From: Botryllus schlosseri
Lineage: Eukaryota
DNA: 64,000 bases
Assembly (NCBI GenBank): GCA_051294905.1
Contig: CM119371.1
Location: 26,414,001-26,478,000 of the forward strand
Direction: 5' to 3'
Below are positions 23,853 to 36,572 of this stretch, one piece after another. Below the pieces are notes generated by a model. That model searched no databases, was not told the DNA's origin, and saw only the letters and a list, made by a program, of their open reading frames with translations. A program made the translations under genes and the position numbers. Each line of letters begins with the position of its first letter. The stretch's first letter is position 1.

Positions 23853-26800
23853 ATGTATTATAAATCTATTGCAGTAGTTTTATTTTTCCTGGTTTTGGCC
23901 AGTCACTGCGTAGCTGAAATTGATGACATGGATCTACATAAATGTACATCGTAAGTATTCCGGCACGGCTGTAAGTCTGTATGTTATACTTAGGATCGGC
24001 CTTGCTAACGCCCTTATTTAAACATCGGCAATTATGTCAATAAAAACCTGTTGCCACATTATATCCATAGCATTATTTTGCCTTCAGCCAACACACTCGC
24101 GTCACGGAAAATCCCATTTTGTGGAGTCGTTGCGCCTGCGACATTTATTTACGTAACAAACGCAATTTTTCTTCAGTTGGGTATACTGTTTCAACAAATA
24201 TATTCTTATTTCTGTCGGCGGTTCGAGGTCCTAACGTTGCCAATTTATTGTTGGGGAATACCTGTCATGTACGTAGTGGCGAGATAGCGCAGTGGTATAA
24301 TCCGCGGCTGCAACACCAATGGATGCGGGTTCGAGTCCGACCGAGGTCGACTTCCGAATTCCGATATCTAAGTGTTGGAGGTTTACCTAGGCTCCTCCTC
24401 GCCACCTCATCCGCGTCAGCGGTGTCTTACAAAAGCCTAGAGGTGGGCCGTGCTATAAGTCGGCAGCTACGGAAAATAACAAGAATATCGGCCTGGTGTA
24501 AATGACCATAGTAGTCGACAAACACCATGAATACCCCAAAACAAACAAACAAACCTGTCATGTACGGTACATCACAGCAAACCCGCATGCTGGAGAAATA
24601 GTGCCTTGTATAGCTTGCAGTTATTATGCTTACACATAATAAAGTGACGCTTTCGGAGCACTAAACGCAGAAATTTCACTATCATAGGAAAGGAAAATGG
24701 GCTATTGCCTTCATTGCTATGACAGTATGACACGTATGCTATTTTCATCATTGGGTCACCCCGTATTACATCATATGTATTTTGCTATCGCGTTGCATTG
24801 GGAGCGCGCATGATTTTTCATTTCGTCTACGACAGTGTTTCCTACACTTTTGTACCCGCTCGTGAGTTAAGCTGTCGCCGAATGTTTCTCGTACCCCTAT
24901 CCAGGATCGAAATAGCACTCTGTCAAGTCTGGTATTTGGCAGCCATAGGGTCCTCAACACAACCAATGTGGTTTTCAGGGAAGGAGACATTTCAGCGTCT
25001 GGAGATAATAAAATCGGAGGTTTGGCCGATGTGCCGAGATTGTAGGATCCAAATGTTAATCACCGACGCCGGTGCACCGAAACGTCATTGGTCTGGAGGC
25101 GGAAGTTACGTTCATCACCGAAATGTCGGATTGTAATAGTCCCGCATCAGCAGTTTCACACCTCTACACTAAAGCACCGTAACGGACTCAAGGCACCATT
25201 CTGTCACAATTGCGAAAAAGTCTCCTAATATTCTTTTGTCTGAAGGAATGCCATAGCAAAACTTAAAGCAAGAATGCTACAGAAAAGGAATCGCACCAGG
25301 CTCGAAGAAAACTTTCGAGTTGATAAAACCCGACCAATAATGTAAATTTGTAATGTAAATTTGCAAAATCATATAGATATTTGAATAGCCAAAAATTGTA
25401 CACTGCGTCTCGTAACCCCCACTTTGGTGCTTCATACCCCCAATGGCTCCGTGGACCCCTGTTTAAGAACCTATGGTCTACGACACGTGATATATTGCAC
25501 AAATACATACCTATAATAACCATACGTCCTACGTACTCTAGTTAAATCGCTTCTTTTATTAACAGACGCGATAAAAGAGCTTCTATATACCCCGAATGCA
25601 TGCAGGGTAGTAATTTGGTGTTATGGTGTGATTACTCAAATTACACCAGAATACCTGACCCCGACCGCATCTATCAATCAAAGTCATGCCGTAATTCTGT
25701 TGCTCTGTTCGTGAACGATAGCTGTATTGCTGACCTCACACAAGGTAAGTTGCTGTGCTATCAGTATATGATACGCTCCATTAAATTATATGACCGCATA
25801 GTGAACAAAAAGCACTTCACGACGGATATTTCCCACTTGCGGTCTTGGCGTATCGAATTGCATACGATGACGTAACTTATACATGAGTGAATAAGTCAAG
25901 CACAAAATAGAAGTGGTTACGAGAGAGATGATTGGAACAACTATTTTGAATTAATAATGTAAGTGAAAGAGGAATAGGGGGTTGGTTCATCATCAAAGGA
26001 TACATTACACCAATGACTTTTGTTGCCATACACACCTTGGATCTTCACGTTTCCCGCATTTAGGCTTGGTAACCATTTATAAATTTATTTGAAGTATAGC
26101 TATTCACATATGTTTTCTTCAATACTAGGGATGATTTTGATGTTCGATATTCTTCTTAGACACCCGAAAATGCATAATTTTAGGCTACTGTCTCAATTAA
26201 ACACATTGCAACCTCCACCCGAAAACTCGGAAATTAAATTTTTGCCTAGTTATTGAAACTTATTCAATATTTATTATTCAATCTAAATACGATTATGAAT
26301 CGATTATGCATCGCCAATCGATAAGCGCTTAAAATCCTGAAATCCATTTTCTAGTTCGTATCAAATTACATCTTGTATCTTGTAGAAACAGCTCTGATGC
26401 TAAGCTACTCCACACACCCAGCCGATATCCCCAAGACATTCACCACAATCATAGAAATGGCTGTCTCCTATATGCAAAGATATGATGTTGCACAACGCGA
26501 AGAATATAACTTTTTTTTTCAGATCAACTGGAGAAGTTCGAGAACATCGAATCTTTAGAGTTCGGGAAAAATAGAATTCGAATTCTGAGGAGAGAGATAT
26601 TTACCAGTAATAGGAAACTTGAGAGGATAGACGTAAGCGAAAATTATCTCAGGCGTATAGAAAAGGGAGCATTCTCAGGTGATTATGTTTCGGTTCAAAA
26701 CGAAAAATGTCTGTGAAAATGAGTTTGCGGTGCGTACATTTGGATATGCGGTTAGCATATGCATATATTGCTATCAAAACAGCATTTTCCTTCGACTGAA

Positions 26801-29800
26801 TTGCGAAAATACATTTGGCGATTTGATATATGTGTCGGATACCCAGATCGGTTTGCGAATGCATGTTTGATACTGAATATGCGAACGGCTGTAATCACGT
26901 TATTACGTTGAATTCATATATTTCTACAAAGCCTGTACGACAGTGGTTCCCAACCTTATTGTCTTCATTCACCACTTCAGATTTATTCCGAGCCTTCATT
27001 CCCCACTATACCCAAAACTATCGTTGTATTTCCTTAACTTCTGTCATTACGGAGCAGCTATGTCCTTGTTTGAGTACACAAGACACACAAACACACCAGT
27101 ACGCAAGACAATCGCCTATAACTGCAATATGAAACGTATTGTGAACCGATACCGGTAAGCGGTAAGCCTCAAAATTTAGCGAAAGCGTTACATCACGTCA
27201 TACTGGTCGTGCCGAATGCGTTTGTGACGCCATCATGGGTTATCCATCGTAAAAATGAGTTTTTCTGAACAACACTCAATATAATTTTCGATACATACAT
27301 TCCAGAGTAGTTAACTGGTAACGGTAATCGCACACGTGTCTCCGCAAATATGTAGACTATCCTGTATCTAATATTTAACAAATGCGTCTATTCCCCACCA
27401 GAAACCAATGAATTCCCACCACTGGGGAATTCCCCACCGGTTGGAAACCAGTGCTAAAGGATTAACGATTCTCAACGCAATTGCCACAAGTCTTCGTATC
27501 GATCAATTCGAGTTCTATTCATTGATGAACAATGGACACAGGGACTCGCGGTCCCATTGTTTGTTAAATTTTTACCGGGGTATTTTGATATTCGAATGCA
27601 AATAAGGTATTTTCCGTTAATCTGAACCCCTACCATATATGTTCAGTAGTGTAATACTTCATAACCAGCATTTGCATTGACAAAATGGTTATTATGACTA
27701 CATTTTATGGAAGGCGTATGGTAAAGGCAGGAGAAACAGCTTCCAAATGAGGAAATAAAGGTTCCATTACAATATATACACACTCATAGCATTTCGACTA
27801 ATCTCACAACACGATTCTGTCTCCTCGTGATACATACCTATTCAGAGGAGTTCGTTACAAACTTCCACGTGCACAGCACGCGGTGTATGACTTCATTGTG
27901 TCAAAATGCGGAATCATTTTTTTTTACAGGACTGCGCCAGCTCGAACAGTTACACCTCAGCTGTAACTTAATACATGACGTCGACGAAACGACATTCGAA
28001 GACGTTGAATCACTTCAAGAACTTTCCCTGCATAATAACCTGATAGAAGTATTGCGAAATGGCACATTTGGTCGGCTGCGGAAGCTTAAAGTGCTAAATT
28101 TATCAGGTAAACTGGTGTGTGTAATTGATTGTACCATTACAATTTCAACGGATAATATAGTGCTGTAGTATCAAGTAATAATCACGTGTCAGTTTAGTCC
28201 ACGATTACACCTTTGATTCCAACAGCATAAATGTTTGATACAATGGTTGCAACCCGTGGGAAGGTTCGTGGTCGCGTGTATTTTAACTCAAACTTTTATA
28301 ATAAGGCAAGCCGCGAATGCGAGCGGAAGCCCGTTACGTGTTCATCAATGTCTATGTCTATCCTAGGTATCGACACTGTTTCTAGGTAATGCATGGTATC
28401 TGAATATTGTGGTTCAAAGTGTACAAACTGTAACCACTCTACTAAGTGTTGCAAGCAGGCAAGACCGTCCTAAGTATTCCGAAACGATAATCTAGTTACT
28501 ACAGTGTGATAGAATACTTTCACTAGTCCAGGTTGTGACAGCTCACAAATAGCTTTCTAGAGCTATATTTCGGTTTAACCTCGGGAAATTATTTTTCATC
28601 TGCTAGTGCCCCCAGGAACTTCAGTAAATGCATACGAAAATCTAACTGTGTTTTTATTACGATATTCAGGAAATAATATATCCGTCATAGAGAAAGAGGC
28701 ATTTATTGGATTGGACCAATTAGAGATACTGCACTTGGATGGAAATCGTATAGCCGAATTTGAACCATCCACCTTCGCATCACTCACAAATTTACAAGTT
28801 CTGTCCTTATCACATAATCATCTTATTACTTTTCCACCTCTGCAAGAAGTAAGCGGCAGTTTTCCCTAATTTACCAAATTACATATATGTACTTTTATCC
28901 ATTCTGCAGGTGCCTTATCGCCATATGCATACTGTGGATTTAGGACACAACTATATCAGGTCGCTACAGCTATCAGACTTAATTAACATTCCAAGGATTC
29001 AGTAAGTAATTTTGTGATGATCTGATATAGGCTATAGCTCGCACAAATATCAAGTAAATTTAAGTACGATCCACCCATGTGTATACATTGTAGTGTAGTT
29101 GAATATCAGGTAGCATACATTCATTTATCTGTTCTATTCGAATGCATTGTCTTCAGGAATTTGATACTACGTCACAACAATTTGTCCTCCCTACAAGACG
29201 ATGCGCTTTTTAAGGGGAATAAAGAACTACGGACGGTGGATCTATCAGGAAACAATTTGACGGATATGGCAGCACGCTTGTTTACTAATTCCTGGTAATA
29301 TAAATCAATTTGGTGTCCTATCAATTGTTGAATAAACCTTTGTTATTAGCATGAAATGTCAATATCTTAGCACTTAGCACTTAGAGATTCAGTCTCGACC
29401 TTGCACGCCACGTAGAGTGGTCGATGGTCAATGGTCATAGACGTATGCGTTATTATTATAAAGAGTCATCGACAACAATGCTCCACAATATAGCTCTGTA
29501 ATCATAATAATCACAAATGAAATTAATTCTATTACCATATATGTACAAATGAGCACATCCATTTATCTCGTGTCTATGCTCTCTACTACGCAGATGACAT
29601 TGAAGACAGATGATGCGATATAAACATCAATCGGCATACTCCAAATTTACGCGATGACTTTTATTTACAGTCTTGTGGAGAAATTGAATATCAGCGATAA
29701 TCGTTTGAAAATCTTCCATGCGGATTGGTACTTGACGGCAATCAGCAACGGAGGACCCTCTGGCAATGACATAAGTGGGAACAAGTGGAAATGCGATTGC

Positions 29801-32800
29801 AACGTTGAACTTATGAACGTAAGTGGTAGTGCCGTTTCTTTCATTAAGATTGTCTGCAGCGGCTTATATTGAATAACTTATAAGGGGATCTGGGCTAAGT
29901 CGAGTCGCTGAGTGATTCTATTACGAATCCAGTATTACAATTCCAGTCAAGAAGAGTATTCATTCGATGCTCACTCATTATAACAGTGTGGGGACCATAA
30001 CAGTATGCGTGCCATAGAACGTTCAAAGACGTATTTTATATGAGTGAAACAAAATGTAGTTCCACGATATTAGAGGTAATTCGCTATATTTTCGAGCTTA
30101 TCTATCTTCTTGCGCATTCTTTCAATGATGTGGTCGATTACCACAGAACAGAAATGTCGTCTGCATTGGTTCTATACCAATACCGAGGAAATCATTACCG
30201 AGAATGGACATTGCCGGGATTGTCATTACCGAGAATGAACATTACCGAGAATTGACACTACCGAAAATGAACACCACCGAGAAAGGACACCACCGAGAAT
30301 GAACATTACCGAAAATGAACAATGCCGACAATCTAGCTTAATAAGACGGATGTTGCCGATAAATTTATACGTGAGAATCGACGCCGACTATGGCAACGTC
30401 GTGATGCACATACAAACGATATGTAGCCTACATATGCATAACATGCCTGTATTGTATACTTTGTATACGTTGATGACAAAATTGCGACATTTCTGTCCAG
30501 TGACATATGCACCATGCGGTGTCTATTATGCGCGCATGGTATGCATTTGCAAATGTACAGATCACGACGTCATGGTATTAGATATTTCCTGGTTTATATT
30601 TCACGACATCGTCCGTCTCAATATGTTAGGTTCTCGGCACTGTCCATACTCGGTAATATACGTTGTCGGTGATGTCCATTCTCGGTAACGTCCATTATCG
30701 GTGGTGCCCGTTCTCGGTAATGTCCATTCTCGGTGGTGTTCGTTCTTGGTAATGTCCATTTTTGGTGGTGTTCGTCCTCGGCAATGTTCAATCTCGGTAA
30801 TAGCCATTCTCGGTGGTATTCGATCTTGATAATGTCCATTTTCGGTGGTGTCCATTCTCGGTAATGTTCATTCTCGATGGTATCCATACTCGATAATGGC
30901 ATTCTCGGTATTGTTCATTCTCGGTGGTGTTCGTTTTCGGTAATGTCCAATCTCAGTGGCGTTCATTCTTGGTATTGTCCATTTTCGGTGGTGTCCATTC
31001 TCGGTAATGTTCATTCTCGATGGTGTCCATTCTCGATAATGGCATTCTCGGTAATGTTCATTCTCGGTGGTGTTCGTTTTCGGTGATGTCCAATCTCAGT
31101 GGTATTCGCTCTTGATAATGTCCATTTTCGGCGATATCCATTCTCGGTAATGTTCATTCTCGATGGTGTCCATTCTCGATAATGGCATTGTCGGTAATGT
31201 TCATTCTCGGTGGTGTTCGTTTTCGGTAATGCCTAATCTCAGTGGTGTTCGTTCTTGGTAATGCCCATTTTCGGTGGTGCCCATTCTCGGTAATGGCATT
31301 CTCGGTAATGGTTTACTCAGTATCGACCGGACACCGTCTGCATTACTGTGGTTAGCTTTTTTCTACACTTGGATTATTACAATTATTACTCGATTCAGAT
31401 TCGACTACTCGAATCGTCTTGCCGACTTATTAAGAGTGGTGGCAGACTACTTATGATAAGTGCTCGACCAATTCATCAATTTTGGAAGTTGGCGATATCT
31501 GATGTGGGTGATGATCGCCAGCTACACGAGGTTTCTCATGGTTCTGTGAGAGTGTGATGACGGAATGTATGTCAACGGCGAAAGCTATATATAGCTCAAA
31601 CCAAGCTTATATTGACAGATTCAGTACATGACGCATGTACCGGATGCTGTGCCTAATTGCTTGATTATAAAGCCCCGCAATCTTATACTGACGATTCTAT
31701 AGAATATTACATTACCTTGACGCGAATTCAGAAAAAGGATGAGCGGTTTATCACTATACGTTGACCAGGGCTATTTACAATTAGAACGTTATCTCACACC
31801 AATCTCCAGTGGGGTGTCATTTCCAAACTTCCTTGTACACTTAAATCCTTTAAATCGATGTACTATTGCCCTCATATCTCCCAGCAACGAATATATCTGG
31901 TATTTCCAGCTAGCGACGAATATATCTGGTATTTCAAGCTAGTTGGTAAAAAACAGTAAGGTTACTGCTAATTTCCATAATATTTGTTTTTGTTGCCAAC
32001 GACACTCCATGTACATTTGAATTGCTTCGCAGCATATAAGCGCTTCGGTCCATACTCTCAAGGAAAATTACTCCTATACTCATATACCCAATATTTGGTG
32101 CAATTTAAGCCACATCCCCCCACTTCTCCAACGGGCCGCAATTATCATCATTCGATATACTATTGCCTTCAGGACCGAACCAGAATTTTGCCAGCCCACC
32201 CCCAAAAAATCTTCATGCGTGTTCCCCCAAATAGGGTGATTAACCAAACATCTGGGGGTGATGCTCCCGCACCCGACTTTCACTACGGGCCTTTCCCCAA
32301 TTACTCGATTTGGAGTTTTTTCATTACAGAAGACATAGCATGTGTTTGTTGTCTGGTGGCACCATGCGCGAAAAAATGTTACATTCATGACTGAATTTCG
32401 TCACTAATATTAGTGGCTGCATATATTACGATCAATTTTTAATTCTCACTCAGCTCACGTGATTAGATTTGCCAGTATAGAGTTGACTGGGTAAACCTAA
32501 ATTTAGGGCACAAAATTACTAAGTATACCTCTTCAGGGAACTTTTTGTCAACACACTTCGCGTAGTAACATGTTGATTGAAATTGCATGTCTTGCTGCGT
32601 GGTGAGCGGTGACGCGTTAATAGCCGGCGATGACCGTACCGATAATGAAGGCAAGGCATGGACTGATAATAAATCGCACGAAATGCGAAAAAATTTTTCA
32701 AGTTGAATAAATCACCCACCGAATACTCCAAAATTTATGTCGTTCTTATGAAATAATTAATACAGTATAGTAATAATATAGTACTTGAATCGTGGAAATC

Positions 32801-33284
32801 AAGCACTCGAAATTGCACAGAGGGAACTTTTTTGAACTTGATTGATTGGTTGGTTGGTTGATCAATAAATCTTCTGTTGTAGCGTCACGTACAATCGTTG
32901 GACGATTGGAGACAGACCTTACAATTCGACTGTCCGATGAGCGACAACACAAAGTGCAATCACCCTCAATTCGTCAACCTATGCACCAAAAAACCAAATA
33001 GAACGATTGTCAAACGGCACCATTACGAGTCCGAATTCGACGCCGTCAATCTGAAGAAACAGATCGATCCTGACAGCACCACCATTACCTCCACAACAGT
33101 AGAGACGCCGGTCAGCGGTTACGTGGAAACAATATCGGTAGTCCTCGGAATTATATGTGCCATATTTCTAATTGTAGCAATAGTTACCGTTTATAAGCTT
33201 GCGAACGCAAGGAAGATGTCTTCGGAACATCCCAACCTCGAAAATGGGCGTCAAGATCATGTTGAAGGCCGTGAGTTAATATGA
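23853..33284 (+). CDS. LRR single-pass transmembrane receptor-like protein, paralog B (9 coding exons, 522 aa)
   Basis: Exons 23853-23950, 25566-25744, 26523-26678, 27930-28106, 28670-28848, 28910-29001, 29157-29294, 29671-29818 and 32883-33284. Phases match paralog A and internal exon lengths are nearly identical (179/156/177/179/92/138 vs 135/148), giving a 1569-nt ORF. Signal peptide MYYKSIAVVLFFLVLASHCVA; LRRCT-like NKWKCDC; TM ISVVLGIICAIFLIVAIVTVY. Confidence 0.92.
24274..24552 (+). mobile_element. tRNA-derived SINE in intron 1 of paralog B
   Basis: Pol III box A TAGCGCAGTGG (~24285) and box B GGTTCGAGTCC (24328), an (AAAC)n tail, and a 14-bp TSD ACCTGTCATGTACG (24260-24273, 24553-24566). 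Confidence 0.88.
30168..31335. mobile_element. Mutator-like non-autonomous element with inverted arrays of ~16-bp repeats (CATTCTCGGTAATGTC), in intron 8 of paralog B
   Basis: GGT...ACC termini with a perfect 9-bp TSD GTCTGCATT (30159-30167, 31336-31344). A short left array (30180-30325) is inverted relative to a long right array (30630-31310). Confidence 0.8.
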
Positions 33285-36200
33285 ATACAAAGTCCACGAA
33301 GACAGGAGTAGGCTTTACAACCATTAAAGAAACAGATACGGATTGTTATTGTTCTAGTACAGTGATTCTTAATTTTTACGATCTGTCGAACCCTTTCGTT
33401 CATATGCAAGCCTTCGCCGCACCCTAAATTTCCGCCGAATCACCAAAACACAATCCTACCCAATTAGGTATATGGAGATCCACAAAATGAACTATGCATC
33501 AAGAGCAGTATTGAAGGAAAATCATCGAAACACGATTTCCACACAACACCAGGATTATGATGGATAATTACTGTAAATTGTCTTCTGTGTGAGTCGGGTT
33601 GTGTCTTGACCTCCGACGATCCCACGAGGCAGACTCCGCGAGCACGTGGGATATGTTTGAACCCATTTTTTAGTATACGATGATTTGGCAATTGTCATTT
33701 TATGCCTGTACTCTCTTTTCTAATATTCGTAAGCTGCCAACTGGATCACTTGCGTCCTGGGCTTTTTCATTACACGAAAATGCTTATGCGAGTGGTACGG
33801 CTTTCAGAGTCAGTGAAGGTATTTAAGACTCGAAACCTATCTTAATTAAACCTTCAAACTATCTTTTTTTGTGTTACATGGTGTGTTATATGGTGCGGTG
33901 GTAGAATGACAAGCCAACCTGTTCATTTATGTTGAAATTGCCAATTCGCTACGTTTATCTACTCTTCCAGGTATCATTTAGTTATTTTTATTATTGATTT
34001 TATTTATGCTGTACCGTTCCCACTTTCTTCCATCCGTTCAGCCTGAAACTATTTTTCTTGATTCCAACTGATATTTGATAAAACGGTTTCGAACTTAACA
34101 GTGTATAGCTTAACTCGTGCGCTACCAATGCAACTGAGCTCTATCAATGCAACTGAGCAGTTCATTACCCTGTTGCTCATAGAGATCCTATGCAAAATGT
34201 ACTGGTTGTTAATTGCAAATATTGTTGAGTAAAACTTTCTGTCTGTATGAATGAATGTCAATATACTACGGCGCCGCCTCCAGCTACAGATTGTAAAATC
34301 AATATTTTATGATATACTAACACGTCTTAATGCATGAATATAATTGCAGAACATGGGTCCCTATGCCTTCACGGTTTATTGAATCTTTTAATTAGCATCC
34401 AATGCAATACCGAGTATATGCATAGTTATTAGTTACGTTGAATAGCAAGCAGTCATTCATCGCACACGCCTGTTTTTTTCTACTTTTCTAATAAAATCTC
34501 ATAAGTATTTCGGAAGGACTAATTATATCGGGGCCTGTCAGCCATCTATATCGTGTTTGAGAATGAAGAATGGATGACAACAAAGGATTCACAGTATATC
34601 AGTAAGCCGGAATAAATTGATCACAAGAGACAGGTACGAGGCTCTTGAAATCGGCATCCCGCAGATTGTACTACACGCTTACCGATACCTGTGTGCTGCC
34701 GGCTGCGCCTTCACCCGACTGTTCAAATCTATGGTAAACGTAGCATGAAAGGCGGTAAACCCCTGTAGAATTTGCAGATTTCGTTTACGTTCCCACATAT
34801 TTGTGGACTCAGTGACTTCTCGGATATAGAGTCGTTCGTTGCTGGCCGGTTGATACTATGCTTTTCTGCTCAGAGGGGCCGGGGATATCTGTGGAAGTTG
34901 ATATAGTCGCTTGTATACTGATCTGCTTTTATGACACCGAATGGGAAGAGAAAAGCTATTGGATCGCTTTCGAAATTCGTTAGAGAACTCTTGTCCTATT
35001 TTTCGAATATAATTGGGATTAAATTATTGGGATTATATATGAGCAAACATAAATCACAGATGACTTTGTTGCAATTGAATCGAATTACCACTTCTCGGTG
35101 TTTTTCATTGACACACATTCATTTGACAATTGACACAGATTTATAAGGAAATATGATCACCGGCACTTTGGTTTACTGTCGATGTGCCTCCCGCATGACG
35201 CGTGGCGTGTGGGCTAACCACCAAATATGGATGTGGTAAAGTATTCGGCATTACTACTAGAAGATAGAAAGAAGTGGCCATTTTAATGCACGCCTAAATA
35301 CAGGTATACGTTGCAATTTACATTATAAGTCAAAACTAATTAACTTTGTAGCTGAAATGATGGCACAAAAAGTACTGAAGTACAGTTTAACTAATGATGA
35401 CTTCTTTCAGGTGTAGCATATTTCAAGCAGTCAGTTGGGTGATACACTGTAATCGCTTGGGTTTACATGTTACGATAGGCGTAGTCATCCGAATCCCAGC
35501 AGACACTGTCGAAGAAAAATGCCTGTATTTACACCCAAAAGGTGGTACAGGAAAGTATTTTATCGCGGTTATAAATCCTTCGTGCCTACGTGAATACCTT
35601 TATAAGCCCCTTCTTACAAGCATCATATGGATTAAAATGTTGAGTTTGATTTACACTGTGCTGTAAGTCTGAGATATCTTCTGCTTTCGTGTACTGTTGG
35701 TGTATATTCACACCCGTGTATCATTATTGGTACACGGGTGTGAATACACACCTTTCACGAATAGGGTAATGAGGGGTTTGCATCAGGTAAACGGCCCTTT
35801 CAGGTATCAAATTGTGCTTTCGCACTCGTTGATAGGGTTCGAAATAACAATTTGTTACCTGGAAGTTCTGCTTACCTGATACACACCATACTTTGGAGTG
35901 ATAATCATCGAATTATCCGATTTCCATCTACAATGTGGTGTGATGTGAGATGTACCTTTGCGATCATTGAAAAATTCTAGTGGCCGCGTGAATGTTTTTG
36001 TTATCTTAATACGAATAGAAGTAGTAAATCCCATGGCAAGTCAAAACTACTAGTGCTAGAAGCTGGAATGGATGATGTAAGAGCGTACAGCAGCAGAGTA
36101 CTTCACACTGTATAGGTGACATTATAATTAGATGTGCAAAGTCGTGGCCGCAAGGTCTATATGTAGTCCTATACTCTCTAAGTTTTAGAGACTAATTGGC

Positions 36201-36572
36201 CGAACACGTTTTTTGTATGATTACATCAAGACACATGGCAATCCAGTAGGGTTCATATCCTACGCTGCAAAATCATTTTGATTTTACTTGTTGGCGAATA
36301 ATATCCTTAATTTGGGTGCTGAAATTATGAATGGCCTTGAGTTACTGACTTCATCTGACGGTGACCATTCGGCGAACTATATCAATAGGAGAACAATGAA
36401 GTGAATCATGCTCTTAAATTGTTGCAACCGCCATGCATGATTTTGATAATGTACTTGATCATATTTCTCAGTTCCCGACCGCAGTGCAACTTCTCTCGAA
36501 TTCAGTCCACGCGAACAAATAAACGGGGACGTATAGTGCGATTTTAGGCGGCAATTCTTTGTTTGCATACAT

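Noticed and set aside
24276..24345. Functional tRNA gene
   Set aside because: The acceptor stem is poor, there is no oligo-T terminator, and it is followed by a SINE body, simple-repeat tail and TSD.
30601..31086. Repetitive ORFs (MDTTENGHY..., MVSILDNGILG...) and a CRISPR-like periodic appearance
   Set aside because: These are translations of a ~16-bp tandem array inside a TSD-flanked transposon. There are no unique spacers or cas genes, and the context is eukaryotic.
9308..33284. Calling the LRR genes Toll-like receptors or VLRs
   Set aside because: Both stop about 30 aa after the TM with no TIR domain. They are conventional intron-containing genes with no cassette library or GPI signal.
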